Source of the DNA: the human T2T-CHM13v2.0 reference genome, Homo sapiens
DNA: 64,000 bases
NCBI RefSeq assembly: GCF_009914755.1
Contig: NC_060944.1
Strand: one strand, 5' to 3'
Shown here in pieces: positions 1 to 13,285 of the stretch. Each line of letters opens with the position of its first letter. Within the stretch, counting starts at the first letter, position 1. The notes below the pieces were generated by a model, which worked only from the letters and a program-made list of their open reading frames with translations, ran no database searches and was not told the origin of the DNA. Made by a program: the position numbers and the translations under genes.

Positions 1-90
1 TCAGCTGAGATAATACAAGTGAAGTTCTTAGCACAGAGACCAGCACATTGTAACTACATGTTACATGATTCCTGCTATTATTTTATTATT
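1..90 (+). mobile_element. MIR 3' fragment
   Basis: gagataatacaagtgaagttcttagcacaga...ctattatt resembles the MIR 3' end. Confidence 0.6.
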
Positions 91-265
91 AAGCATAAAT
101 ATAATAACAACTACCTTACTGTGGTTCATGAGCTGGTATGTGGGGCCCCATAGAAATTTTCACAAATAAAGTCCAGTTTGGAGGCAACAGGGCTGGAAAA
201 CTACGAAATATCTGATCGTTTATATAACATCCCTCCTCCCACCATCCCATATTGAAAATATAAAA

Positions 266-313
266 GGATCTTTTAAAAACAAATTTTAGTGGATCTTTTA
301 AAAACAAATTTTA
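266..313. repeat. Tandem duplication, 2 x 23 bp
   Basis: ggatcttttaaaaacaaatttta at 266-288 and 291-313. Confidence 0.9.
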
Positions 314-691
314 CCCCATCTGAACAGCTAAGACCTGACTGCCCTGTTCTTGGTTTCAGCTGTTTTCCAGCTGCAGTGTTTTTCTCGTTGATCAGAGAGA
401 AATCCCCAAGGTCTGGCAAAGGAAGCCTTTAATTGCTCTGGATGGACCGATTTTTGGCTTAGCTGCTCAAGCATATAATTGAATGAGAGGGAAAGAGAAT
501 ATCACTTTGAGATTGCTTTGAGATGAATATACAGTCAGACATCCCCGCTCCTGACCAGATCTCAAAGATTCTCCTAGCCTGACTCCCACAAGCTCTGCGG
601 ACAGAGAACACGAAGCGTTCACTTCATTTTCCTGAACTTTATCAAAATAATAACAAGAGTGATCATAACAATCGGTGTCCTTTATCATATG

Positions 692-1090
692 TGCTTGTAG
701 GTTGGAATTCCCCAAAAGTGAACTCTGAGACAAGGATTTGAGTCCATTGACTTTCTTTGGAGGGAATCCTGGAAGCACAAGGAAGAAAGACAGAGAATGG
801 AAGACAGCCAGGGAAGCAAGTTATGGCTGGGGCCGCTGGAGCTCAAGCCCCCTGGGGACTCTGGGAGCCAGTGCAGCGCGCACACTTCAGCATCATCTCA
901 TCCAGGGATGAGGGCACTGGGGAATTTATGCCCCAGATCCCATCAGCCATTGGTTGAGGGCTGTTCCAAGGCTGTATTAATTCCCTGGCACTTCCAGCCA
1001 TCCCCACTGCAGGCAGCCCAAAGAACAGGAACCTGGGGCAAAAGAGCCACAAGTCAGGCCTTCTGCAAAGGCACCAGCAGCATCCCTCCA
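692..1090 (-). mobile_element. ERVL LTR16-family solo LTR
   Basis: ctgagacaaggatttgagt...cctggaagca and catcagccattggttgagggctg are LTR16 hallmarks. Confidence 0.65.
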
Positions 1091-1944
1091 GCACCCAAAT
1101 ATGACACAACCCCAAAATATGATCATTGCCCACTTCTCCACTCAAAAGACCCAGAGGATTTGTGACCTAATTGAATATATAATCTTTTTATAAGTAGATA
1201 AAAGAGTTAAATATCTATAACATTTAATTTACCCTACATGCTTATAATCACATATTATATGTTAATGATATATTAATTTAGAAAAGTTGCTATCTCTGCC
1301 CTCATTCCATGACTCAGTTTTATTCCAGCTCTTCCAATTCATCATTGCTCTCATGGTCTTTGTCATCATCAAAGCCACCTTTTGAATCATCTTAGTTTCC
1401 CAAGCACATCTTCTTTCCTCCCCTCTGGGTTCTTGGCGATACAGCATTTTTGGAATCTGTAGGATGCTTTCACTGAAATTTTTATCCCAAGCCTTGAGCA
1501 CCTATTTGCATAACATTAGGGCAGCTGGCTGTTCCATTCATCTCAGAGGTGCCAATGCGTGCTCTCCATAATGTAACCACGGATGGTATGGCTTTCTTAA
1601 GTGTCCTTAAAAGACTCGCTCACTCTCATAGTGCAACACTGTGATGCCACACCCTTGGAAATTTGTTCCAAATCTGGGTTACATTTCCTAGCTTCCTTTT
1701 TAGCAATTCCTTCAAGATAACCTTAGTAAATAGCCAAAAAAAAAAAACCACCGATCAAGGTTGTTTCAGATAACATCTCGCCTAAACAGCACTTGGTTGT
1801 TTAAAGTAAAATAGTTGGGAGCACCCCACAACATGAAAGACTGTGTGAGTCTTTCTTGAAAATAGAAAGTCTCATTCCAGAGATCATCTGGGGAGCGGGG
1901 AGCTTTGGTGAGTATCCAATCCTGATAGTGGTTTTGACAGTCAC

Positions 1945-2045
1945 ATGCATAAACCCATCTTAATCTTCACAACCACCCCAGGAGGTGGGTTCTATCATTA
2001 TTCCCATTTAACAGATGGAGAAATTGAGGCTTGAGTGGCTGAATA
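1945..2045 (-). mobile_element. MIR core
   Basis: taatcttcacaaccacccc...cccatttaacagatggagaaattgaggc. Confidence 0.75.
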
Positions 2046-2519
2046 AGCAGTGGTGGGTGTTACTTGGGGATATGCACACCTTCCCCCACCATGCCGCCAC
2101 CCCTGATGGGGGAGAGCTGTGCCCATGGGCGTAGCTGGTAGACTCCTGGGCCAACCAGCAAACCCTAAGGAACAAAAAGCCCCAGCTGGCCCGCAGCCAT
2201 GGTGAGGTCCTCACTCAGTTCCCTCCACTTTCCTGAGTGAGGAAAGAAAAGGGCAACTTCCACCCTTCCTGCTGAAAACCTCTGCAAGAAAATGCAAAGA
2301 AAATTCCCCTCTAAGGGATCTGGAGCTGCTTCCAAAACCCACACCCAAGACCATTTCAAATAGGAAAGCAAAAGTGTGCAAGAGTTTTTAAAACAAGACA
2401 AAGTGGAAAAATCTTGACTCCCCCTTTCTTGTCTGTCTTGCTAATCAGTCCATGACACTTTGGGTATTTACTGATTAACAAAACTGAAGAATTGGCGAGG
2501 GCTGTGAGGGAGAGGATTC

Positions 2520-2675
2520 AGCCTGGTATCATAGGGAGACTGTGGGCTTTGGTAGCTGGCAGGACTGAGCTCACTGCCTTCGGGCACTCTCAGCCTCAGT
2601 TTCACCATCTGTAAGATGGGTAATAATCCCTACCTCGCACTGCAGTGATGGTGATGAAGATTAAGTAGAATGCAG
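2520..2675 (+). mobile_element. MIR
   Basis: gcctcagtttcaccatctgtaagatgggtaataatccctacctc core. Confidence 0.75.
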
Positions 2676-3830
2676 CAGTCAACATAAGTCAGAAATCGGT
2701 AGTGTCAATCCCATCCTGCACCATCCCTCCTTTCCTCTTCTGTTTCCAGACAGGTTATAGGAGTAGGGGTGCTGCAATGGGACAGACTGGGTCCCTCTGG
2801 AGTTGGGAACGAGAGTTACCATAACGAGGAGTGGAGACCTGGACGCCTGGCTTCCTGCTCTTGCCTTTCTCAGGCACCTCTTCCCACTGGGAGAAGACCA
2901 CGCGACCTGTCTGCCAGAAAGCCCTCCACCCCACCCCAGACCACCCCAGTCCTGCCTGTGGCCACACCCGTGTGTGGGACCCTCGTCTCCCCAAGGTGAG
3001 GTGAGTGGATGGAAGCCCCATAGCTGCAGCTGCACCCCTGCCTTCCAGAAACCAGGTATGGGAGCTAAAGTGGAGGAAACCGAAAGGGAGAAGACAGGTC
3101 AACAGCCCCAGCAAAGAGAAGACGGGGTGTTCTCCCCGAAAGGGCCCCTGAGGGGCACACGCTGGAGGCATGGCTGCTGAAGCCCCAGACCAAGCCGAGG
3201 GCATCCTGGGTTACACTGGTGGGTCTCAGAGCTGCTGGAAGGCTGCCCCTGGCCTCGCGCTCCCATCTCCTCACAGCTGCGAACTGTGAAGGGTTCTCAA
3301 AAGCAGGGTTTCAATTTTGCAAACAGATCTTCAGAAAAGTGTGCCTCCCAGCTTCCCACGGCCAGCCACGTCGGCAAAACATACCTCGGGAGAGGAGTCC
3401 GCTGCCAAGGAGGCTGGGAAACAGCCCGGAAGCCCAATGCGCCTCGGGAGGCTCTGTTTCCAATCAGCTGGTGGCCGTTCCCCCCAACTCGTTACCATAA
3501 CCAGATTTGGGGTAAGTGAGCATGCCCCATTTCATGAACAGTTGTCAGAGAATCCCCAAATCCTACTCTCTGACAGGCCACACAGACCCCCCAGCGCAGG
3601 CAGCCCGGTGTCCTCAGGAGAAAAATGAGAGACTTGCTCAAGGCAGCTTCTCTGACCTCATCCAGCTCAGACGTTCTCTGATTTCGTATTTTCCCTGGAC
3701 TTCCTTTAGAATAATTCCACAGAGTCTAGTACACTAGCCCCCTTAGTAATCCCTCATTATGTAAAAAAGAGAAAAGAGGAATATGTGAACTTTCTAGATA
3801 TAGCACTCACACAACTCACAATTTAAAAAA

Positions 3831-4114
3831 ATTTAGCAACAGGGTCTTGCTCTGTCACCCAGGCTGGAGTGCAGTGGTGCAGTCATAGCTCACGGCAGCC
3901 TCAAACTCCTGAGTTCAAGTGATCCTTCCACCTCAGCCTCCTGAGTAACTGGGAATACAGGTGTGCACCACCACAGCTGGCTAATTTCTTAGGTATTATT
4001 ATTTTTTTGTAGAGACAGAGTCCAGGCTGGTCTTGAACTACTGGCCTCAAGCAATCCTTCCACCGTGGCCTCCCAAAGTGCTGGGATAACAGGTGTGAGC
4101 CACTACACCCCGCC
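3831..4114 (-). mobile_element. AluJ
   Basis: Antisense Alu dimer with J-type features. Confidence 0.93.
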
Positions 4115-4289
4115 CAGAGTGCACAATTTAGTTGTCAAGGAAAGATGGGTAGACAGTTGTTTTTTGGCAGCCCCCTTTCCCCTTTCTATTGCCTACTCCC
4201 CAAAACACTGACGGATACAGGGTGCCAAGCCATTATATTTTCTAATTCAAGAGTTAAATAACATTAAAGAATAATTTTTGGAAAAAAGA

Positions 4290-4772
4290 CAAAATTATGA
4301 CTCTCATTAAAATATAAAGATTTTATTTAACTCATTAATTAATGGGAAGTAGTTAAGATGTTCTAACTGGTTAAAAGGAGAATTCCAAGAACCACACACA
4401 TGTAAGTCAACAGGAGGCTGAAATGAACTTGCAGAGGAAGTTTATCCACAGGGCAACCATCGAGTACATTCCCCGGGACACAAGGAATTTGCATTTCTAT
4501 GAACTCAAGTCATTTGCACTATTATCAGTTCTCTGTGACTTATAGAGTTGTAAATGGCTCAAAGGCAATGGAAGGCAGTGATAAACTGGAAGAGTGCTCT
4601 AGGCTGGACATTCAGTGACATTTGCTCTTTTTTGTCCATTTGAAAGTCTTTTACTAATTTTTCCTGATGGTAATATAGGAGACCAAATGGTGGAAGAGTC
4701 AATAAAGGCTACACTTAGAGGACACTGATCCCTCCAGATTGGAATCCTGTGGAAAATTCTTGGAGGAGACAG
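4290..4772 (-). pseudogene. Possible processed-pseudogene 3' fragment, parent unidentified
   Basis: Complex sequence I cannot match to a TE family. The minus strand has AATAAA (plus 4322-4327) and a ~57-codon open stretch upstream. Confidence 0.35.
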
Positions 4773-4847
4773 AAGTTGAGCTTAATTTTGAGGGCTGGTG
4801 AAGATTTGGAGGCTGGGAGGGAGCCTCCAAATTATTCTTTAATGTTA

Positions 4848-5152
<305 letters not shown>

Positions 5153-5407
5153 TGATATGAAGAGGAGCACATCTGGCTACAGAGGCTACAGAGGCGAGTG
5201 TGGGCGGAAGTTTGGAGGGAGGAAGGAACCAGGCGTGTTCTGCTGGCAGGGTGCACTTTTCTGCCCAGAAAAGTGGGTTTGTGAAGGAAGCAGGTGACAA
5301 GGTTGGAAATGTAACTTGGGACATCCTTGTGGCTTTTTACTGTGGCTCTCAGCTTCTTAACAGTCCTGGAGAAAGAGAGGTAAGAGGATAAATAAAGATG
5401 GTGTAAA

Positions 5408-5966
5408 TGGTGTGAAGATAGTTATCTGAAAAGGCTGCTGGGAGGTGCTGGTCTTTTGTTCTGTTCATAGGAGACAATTTTGCGTGCCTACCTTTTTTGG
5501 GAGTGTGATCCCCCTTCTTGCTGATGAGGAAGAAGCAAACTATCAGGTTTGAGACAGATAGCCCCCCCACTTATGAGAGGGGGACAGAAATTGAACTCAA
5601 AAAGACCCAACCACAGTCAGGTAGTATTGACCCGGGTGTGGTATTGACCTGGAAGTGGTATTGACCCGGAAGTGGTAAGAACATATAAAACTGGAGCCCT
5701 GGTTGTTACCACGGCAACCCGTAGTCTGTTGCATGCTGAGTTTGGGGGAGCAGAAGAGTCTCGCGGGGATAGTCAGTGCGCAGGGAGACTAGCACAGGCC
5801 GGCAGAGAAGTGACCCAGCCCCGGATTGCCTGGTAACCTTCCGTTCCCAGGAGGCTGCTGTGAGGCTCCTCTGGTAATCAGTTCCCTGAGTCCAGGGTTT
5901 CCTAATAGGAGCCCGTCTCCCTCCAGTTCACTTGAAGGGCTCTCTGCTTCTTTCCCTCAAACAGGC
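5408..5966 (+). mobile_element. Ancient LTR-like element (MaLR/ERVL type, family uncertain)
   Basis: Internal TATA box; 3' end cacttgaagggctctctgcttctt resembles old MaLR ends. Confidence 0.35.
5624..5718 (+). promoter_or_regulatory. Candidate core promoter: 3 x 17-bp repeat with ETS sites, TATA box, RFX X-box
   Basis: gtattgacccgggtgtg / gtattgacctggaagtg / gtattgacccggaagtg (5624-5674); TATAAAA 5684-5690; GTTACCACGGCAAC 5705-5718. Confidence 0.5.
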
Positions 5967-6322
5967 TTCATGGAGTATAATGGACCCACAGCCATCTCCT
6001 TCCCCAACACCAACTCTGCCTGCATTTTAGGCCAGGTTTGTAGGAGAGCTGAATGAAGATTGAATGAATGAATGATGAAAAGTACAAAATGCCATCACTT
6101 CACTTCTTTCAGGAAGACCCAGGACACTCTGCTGCATCCTCCACCTGTTTGTGAATTAAATGTCCATGATGGCTTTTACTAAGCACTTACTATGTGCCAG
6201 GCACTGTGCTGAGCTCTGCACCTTTAAGAGGCAGCAAGTCGTGACTGGTTCAGAGCTGGCTCAGAGCTGCCTGAGTTGGAAGCCTCGGATAGGAAAATGG
6301 AAGCTTAAAGAGGTTAAGCCCT

Positions 6323-6611
6323 GGCCAAGCACAGTAGCTCATGCCTGTAATTCCAGCACTTTGGGAGGCCAAGGCGGGAGGATCACGTGGGCCCAGAAGT
6401 TCAAGACTAGCCTGGATAACAAAGTGAAACCTCATTTCTACAAAAAATTTAAAAATTAGCCAGGTGTGGTGGCACACGCCTATAATCCCAGCTACTCCGG
6501 AGGCTGAAGCTGGAATATCGCCTGAGCCCACAAGTTCAAGGCTGCAGTGAACTATGATCATGCCACTGCGCTCCAGCCTGAGTGACAGAGCAAGACCCTG
6601 TCACTAAAAAA
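6323..6611 (+). mobile_element. AluJ inserted in an antisense MIR
   Basis: Alu dimer; aagccct on both flanks; MIR-like sequence either side (~6170-6690). Confidence 0.93.
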
Positions 6612-7611
6612 GTTGGGGAGGGGGGTCAAGCCCTCTGCTGAGCTAGTAATAGTGGGACTGAGGTTCAAGCCCATGGCTGATTCCAGATCCTGTTTACAGA
6701 GCCGTTATGTGACGTAACTAAAGTGTTGATTATGCATCGACTAGGCACACCATGCAAGGTGCTGCGGATGCTGCTGTCACCAACACACCCAGTCCTGGCC
6801 CACAGGGGGCTGCCACCCCAGCCCCCAGTGCTCTCCCTGGATCCTGAATCCTAGCTATCCCTTCAGAGCCACCCCTCTGGCTTCCAAGCACCTGCACTAC
6901 CCACTCCCACCCCTCCCTGGAAGGGATGGCGCAGCCTGGGAGCCAGCTGCTCTGGGGGGCTCAGACCTGTGGGCTGGATTGTCCATGTGTCAGGGAAGGA
7001 AAGGGAAGCCCATGGCAGGAGGGACACCCTCTTATGGGTGGTAGCAACTCCATGGAGCCCAGGCTGCATCGTTCACTGAGGCTGCTAATGTTTGAACCTA
7101 TCTTTGAATAAGATCCACCCTCTTGCGCTGGCAAGTCCAAGCTGTAGTAAACCCTGAGGGAGACCCACAGTCCAGCTGCAAGGCCCTGCCCCACTCTTGG
7201 CCGCTGGCAGAAGCTCCAGGCTTGCCGAGGGGTGCCACGTAGCAGAGGCAGTCTCCGCCTCTAGCCCATCCCACTCCTTCATCTGCTTCTCGTTAGCTTC
7301 AAAAGTAAGGCCTGGCGCTGTGCCCTGGGCAGGAGGGAGAGCTTGGTGTGGCCGCTCACAGAGCTTCACCTCCCTTGCCTGGGGTTTCTCTTCTCCTGCC
7401 CCATCCATCGTCAGCACAGCTGACTGCTTCTGGGGCTCCTCTGTCTACCTTCCCCACGTTCCAGCACCCCCCTTCCCCTGCCCCTCTGTAGCAACCGCCT
7501 CCCTGCAAAGCCCCACCCACCCACACACTCATACACACACCCCTCTCACTCCCCTGGCACTCAGTCCCTCCAAGCTTCCTTCCTTATCCCTTTAGAGCCC
7601 TGCAGCCCTCA

Positions 7612-7835
7612 GGCAGTGTAGCCCAGAGGTTCAAGGGCATTCGCTCTGGTATCAGAAGGGTCTGGGTTCAAATCCCTTGTGCACTGCTTGCTGGCTGTGT
7701 GACTTTGGGCAAGTTGCCTAATCTCTCTGGTCCTCAGTTTTTGCATCTGTAAAATGGGGATGATATTAACAGTACCTACTTCATAGGGTTATCTTGAGGA
7801 TTAAATAAAATAGTACAAGTAAAGGTCCCAGCATA
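7612..7835 (+). mobile_element. MIR, near full length
   Basis: ctgggttcaaatccc...gctgtgtgactttgggcaagtt...cctcagtttttgcatctgtaaaatgggg. Confidence 0.9.
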
Positions 7836-8047
7836 AAATCAGGGCTGATCCACCTTAGGTATAAAAAGGATAAATTAGGACTTGGAATCTTACTCTTCCT
7901 AAGGAGACCTGCAGTTGGCTAAAGGAGGACCTGCCTTCAGGGACAGAAATTCAGGTTTTGTTTTAGAATAGGCCTGAGGGAGTAGGAAGCTGGAGGAACC
8001 TGTCTCTATATTCTGGATACCTCAAAGACAGTTAAATTCTGCCGTGG

Positions 8048-8135
8048 TGAGCATTTATTGAGCACTATCTGTGTGCCAGGCACTGTGTGGGGAAACCACA
8101 ATCCCTGCAGATCAAGGAGCTCAGATTCTAGTGCC
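8048..8135 (-). mobile_element. L2 3' end fragment
   Basis: catttattgagcactatctgtgtgccaggcactgtg...caaggagctcagattctag. Confidence 0.6.
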
Positions 8136-8755
8136 AGAAAAAAATGTAAAGAGAAAGGGCCACCATGCCACCCACTGAAGACGGCAAGGGAAGAGGCCAG
8201 AAAGTGCTACGAACAAGGAGGAAACAGCTCCAAGTTGTTGGGCAGTCGGGCGCTGGGTCTCAAAGGAGGGCCACTTGCATGGACAGAAGGTACCCCTCTT
8301 ACTGAGCACTGGGGGCCTGGTGGGTCCCCTGTGCTCTCCAGGAGAAGCAGGCAGAATTCCTAAGCCCCGTTAGGCCAATGAGGAAGTTGAGGCACCGAGA
8401 GTAAGGGGCATCTGCTTCCCCACCAGCTGACTTCTATTCTAGAAAGGAATGTTCTGCACAACCCCAAACCGTCAGCTCTTTCTGCTTGCAAACTTGGCAG
8501 GAGTTTGCAGGGAACACAAAGAAGAGAGGGGGAGGAGCAAGGTGGATCAGCCGGGCTGGCTTGCCCAGGGCCTGGCACAGAGGATGGACTTTGTCCCACG
8601 TGGGTGAGGGGCGTTCACACACAGGCGTCCACACCCCCACGTTGCTCCACCAGGCACAAGGCCAGATTTTGTCCTTGTAATTCCCAGAACTGCCCTGAAA
8701 CAGGACTGCTCACTACTGTGCATGGTTTAAAATGCAGTGGGGGGTTTTGGGGAGT

Positions 8756-9033
8756 TTTTTCGTTTGTTTTGATACGGGGTCTCACTCTGTCACCCAGGCT
8801 GGAGTACAGTGGCATGAGATCATGGCTCACCACAGCCTCAACCTCCCGGGCTCAGGTGATCCTCCCATCTCAGCATCCCGAGTAGCTGAGACTATAGGCA
8901 CTTGCCACCATGCCAGGCTGATTTTTTCCATGTTTTTTGTAAAGACAGGGTTTTACCATATTGCCCAGGCTGATCCACCCACCTTAGCCTCCCAAAGTTC
9001 TGAGATTACAGGCATGAACCACGGTACCTGGCC
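8756..9033 (-). mobile_element. AluJ with small internal deletion
   Basis: Antisense Alu dimer. Confidence 0.92.
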
Positions 9034-9544
9034 AAACATGCAGTAGTTTTAAAAGAAGCCTGCTCAGGGAGAGGAGAAATGAGTCCTGTCAGATCTGCTC
9101 CCCCTGGAGAATGGCTTCCTCACCAGCCCAGCCCCTGTCTGTGCCCAGGGGGAAGCAGGCATGAGGAGGACCAAGGGGGCACTGCCATGTACTGGCCCCG
9201 AGTAAGCCAGGCAGGCCCTCTGCTGGGATCCTCACAGATGTCAGTCTCCTCGATCCTTAAAATCAGAGCTCTGGAGTCAGTCTCTTGACAGCAAGCCAAG
9301 TGGAACGCCTGTGTCTGAGCAGTAGGGCAGAGACCCCGCTCTGCCTGAGCAGCGGAGACATCTCAGATCTCGCGGTTGCAGAGGATCTGCTTCCCCCTCA
9401 GATGCCTGCAGGGGGAAAGAAGCGGAGGCAGGGGGTTGTCCTGGCTCACTCTGAGCCCGCCTGGCCTGGGTAGCAGGAACAGGAACTCCATAGTGGGGAC
9501 GAGGTTAGAGAGGAGGTGCTAGCCGGCTGCAGCCCCTCACAGGC

Positions 9545-9610
9545 AGGGCAGCCAGTTACATCTGAATTACAGATAAACCAGAAATACTTGTAGTTTAAGC
9601 ATGGCCCAAG
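9545..9610 (+). mobile_element. MER53-like hAT MITE fragment
   Basis: gccagttacatctgaattacagataaac...tttaagcatggcccaa. Confidence 0.5.
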
Positions 9611-9849
9611 GACTAGGGCAGTGGCAGTGGGGGTAAAGAAGGGGAGAGGTTTAAGATTGTATTTGAAGGAACTGAAATCAGGATCTTGAAGAGATGATAT
9701 CTGCGCACCCAGGTTCATTGCGGTGTTACTCACAAATGGCCAAGATCTGGAAACAACCTAAATGTCCGTCAGTGGAAAAATGGATAAAGAAATTGTAGTA
9801 TACACCTATGAGGGAATATTATTCGACATTTAAAAAGAAGGAAATCCAG

Positions 9850-10186
9850 GGCCAGGGTGGTTGGTCACACCTGTAATCCCAGCACTTTGGGAGGCCAAGG
9901 CAGGAGAATCAATCACTTGAAACCAGAAGTTTGAGACCAGCCTGGGCAACAAAGCAAGATCCTGTCTCTACAAAAAATTTAAAAATTAGCCGGGTATCAT
10001 GGCGCATGCCTGTAGTTTGAACTGCTCAAGAGGATGAGGCAGGAGGATCACTTGAGCCCAGGAGCTGGAGGCTGCCCTGAGCTATGACAGCACTGTTGCA
10101 TTCCAGCCTGGGCAACAGAGCGAGACCCGGTATCTAAAAAAGAGAAAGAAAGAAGAAAGGAGGGAAGGAAGGAAGGGAGAGAGGGA
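9850..10186 (+). mobile_element. AluJ with purine-rich tail
   Basis: Alu dimer followed by a GAAA/GGAA tract. Confidence 0.92.
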
Positions 10187-10656
10187 TCAATCCTGCCATT
10201 TGTGACAACATGGATGGACCTGGAGGACATGATGAGATCCTGAAGTAACTCAGACAGAGAAAATCAAATACTGCTCTTTCTCTCTTATACATGGAACGGA
10301 AAACAGCCAAACTCATAGAAGCAGAAAGTAGAATGATGATTGCCAGGGACTGGGAAGAGGGGGAAACAGAGTGATGTTGGTCAAAGGGTACAATGTCTCA
10401 GTTACGCAGGATGAATACATTCTGGAGATCTACTGTACAACTAGGGCCTGTGATTAACAATACTGTACTGTACACTTACACATTTGCTAACAGAGTAGAT
10501 CTCATGTTTAGTCCTCTTACCACATAAGGAAATGAAAAAGAAACAGAGGAGACGGAAGGACACTTAGAGTGATGGATAAGTTTATGGCCTTGATGAATGT
10601 TTTCGCAGGTGTGTACATATCTCCATCCATCAAGTTGTATACATTAAATATCTACA

Positions 10657-10990
<334 letters not shown>

Positions 10991-11029
10991 CTATGGTTTA
11001 AAAAAAGCATGTGATTTGGAGATGGATGC

Positions 11030-11630
11030 TCTGTGGATTGGTAATAAGTTAGATGTAGGAGACAAGGACATGGGAGAAATCAAGAACAACCCCCAGGCTT
11101 CAGGCTTGAGCTACCTCTGGGTTCATGGGACCACTTACTGGGGATGGGAGGGCAGGGCAGGATCAGACTAGAGAGGGGAACCAAGGCTTCTGTTTCTGGT
11201 GCTGTTAAATTTGGGAGGATTATTTGAGCCTGAAGTGGAGATTATGGTTATCCAAGCCTGGAGATTCCGGAATTAAGGGAAGGTCTGGCTGTGGTGTTAC
11301 CAGCACCTGGGTGGAATTTAAAGCCATGGTTCTGGATGCAACCTTGTAGGAAGTGAGAGTTCAGAGAGCAGAGACAACTGTCCAGAGCTAGACCTTGAAG
11401 ACTCCTCAACGCTGAAGGTCACCGAGAGGAGGGACAGCCAAGGAAACTGAGTCGCAGCAGCCGTGGAGGCAGGCGGGTGAGCACAGAGGGCAACAGAGGG
11501 GAGGTTTCTCTGAGCAGCGGGGGTGGCCGCGTTGGATGTTACTAGGAGGACTGATAAGATGGGAAGGGGCAGCCAAAGCCAGCCTGCAGTGAATTGAAGG
11601 GGGAACATGAGGAGAGGAAGCCGAGGCAGC
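11030..11630 (-). mobile_element. L2 fragment
   Basis: Diverged L2 motifs (ggtaataagttagatgtagga, caagaacaacccccaggcttc, atttaaagccatgg). Confidence 0.7.
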
Positions 11631-11869
11631 CAACGTACCCACCACCGTCAGGAAGCCCTGCAGTGCTGGCTGGGGCAGGGGGCAGATTGAGTAGAGGCCA
11701 CCGGAGGGCCAGTAAGATTGGGCAGGTCTTCATCGGTGACCTTTGGATGGGTTCCCTGCCTGGAAACATAGAGACAAATCCTGACTGCCCTTGAATTGGC
11801 AGTGGGACCTCAGGCAAATTGAGTTGAGTGAGAGATAGTATATAAGGGTGTTTTAATGTGTGCTGAGTG

Positions 11870-12553
11870 ATACAGAGTGGGAGGGATGAACACCCCATGG
11901 TAGGTACATGCACACAGGGGGACCCCGCTCAGCAACAGCAGGGGACAAGCTACTGAAACCCACAGCAACGAGGACAGATTTCAGAATCGCTACAGGGAGG
12001 GAAAGAAGCCAGAATTCAGAAGGGCACCTGCAGTACAAATCATTTCTAAGAAGTTTTAGAACAGGAAACACTCATCTATAATGAAATAAAAACCTGAACA
12101 GGGGTTGCCGCAGGGGGCAGTGTGGGGGTGGCCTGACTGGCAAGGGACACGAAGGAGCCTTCTGAGGGGACGGGAACATCCTTCCCTTGGGAGGAGTCTG
12201 ATTTAACAGATGTCTGCATTTGTCACAATCCAGCAAATGGTGCACTTAAGATTGGAACATTTCACTCTATGTAAATTTTACCTAAAATGAACTATAAAGG
12301 CATTCCTGAATGCTACTTAATGATATACATGTGGAGACCTTTGGGAGTGAAGTGTACTGAGGTTTGTGGCTCCCCTTGAAAGGTGGAAAACAATAAGATG
12401 AAGTAATGGGTAGATGCAGAGCTGTGTGATGAAGAGATACAGTAAAATGCCATCTAGGGGGTACATATGTGGCTGTTCACTGGAAAATGCATTCAACTTT
12501 TCTGTGTGTTTGAAAATCTTTATAATAAAATGTTGAGGGGAAATTTAAAAAAA
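11870..12553 (+). mobile_element. L1ME 3' end
   Basis: tgcacttaagatt...atgtaaattttacct...tttgaaaatctttataataaaatgttg. Confidence 0.75.
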
Positions 12554-12568
12554 AGGATGTGAAACTAC

Positions 12569-12880
<312 letters not shown>

Positions 12881-13136
12881 AAGAAGACTTTTCATCCAAT
12901 GCAAAGATACTTGTTGGGCACCTGCCATTATGTCAGGTGCTGCAAGGCAGGGGACGCAGTGCTGATGGAGATGTCCAAAGCTATGGCACGAGGCATCATC
13001 CAAGTGACAGGCAACTGAGCCAGCTCCTCAGAGCAGAGCGCTGTCGTTGTCCCTTCTCAGAGAGGACACCCAGGGCCAGAGGCAAAGGAGGAAAGCACAA
13101 GTGGGTCTGCTAGGAACTAATTTAAAGAAGCAAGTC

Positions 13137-13285
13137 AGCTGGGCTCGGTGGCTCACACCTATACTCCCAGCGCTTTGGGAGGCCAAGGCAGGAGGATCAC
13201 GAGCCCAGGCATTCAAGGCCAGCCTGAGCAGCATGGCAAGACCCTATCTCTACAAACAAAAATTAAAAAAAAAAAAAAAAAAAAA
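13137..13285 (+). mobile_element. FLAM monomer
   Basis: Single left monomer, poly(A), TSD-like aaagaa(g)caagtc. Confidence 0.88.

Noticed and set aside
4251-4333. 11-bp inverted repeat gagttaaataa / ttatttaactc
   Set aside because: Short and in very AT-rich sequence, so not significant on its own.
5624-5674. CRISPR-like repeat array
   Set aside because: Units are directly adjacent with no spacers, there are no cas genes, and the DNA is primate.
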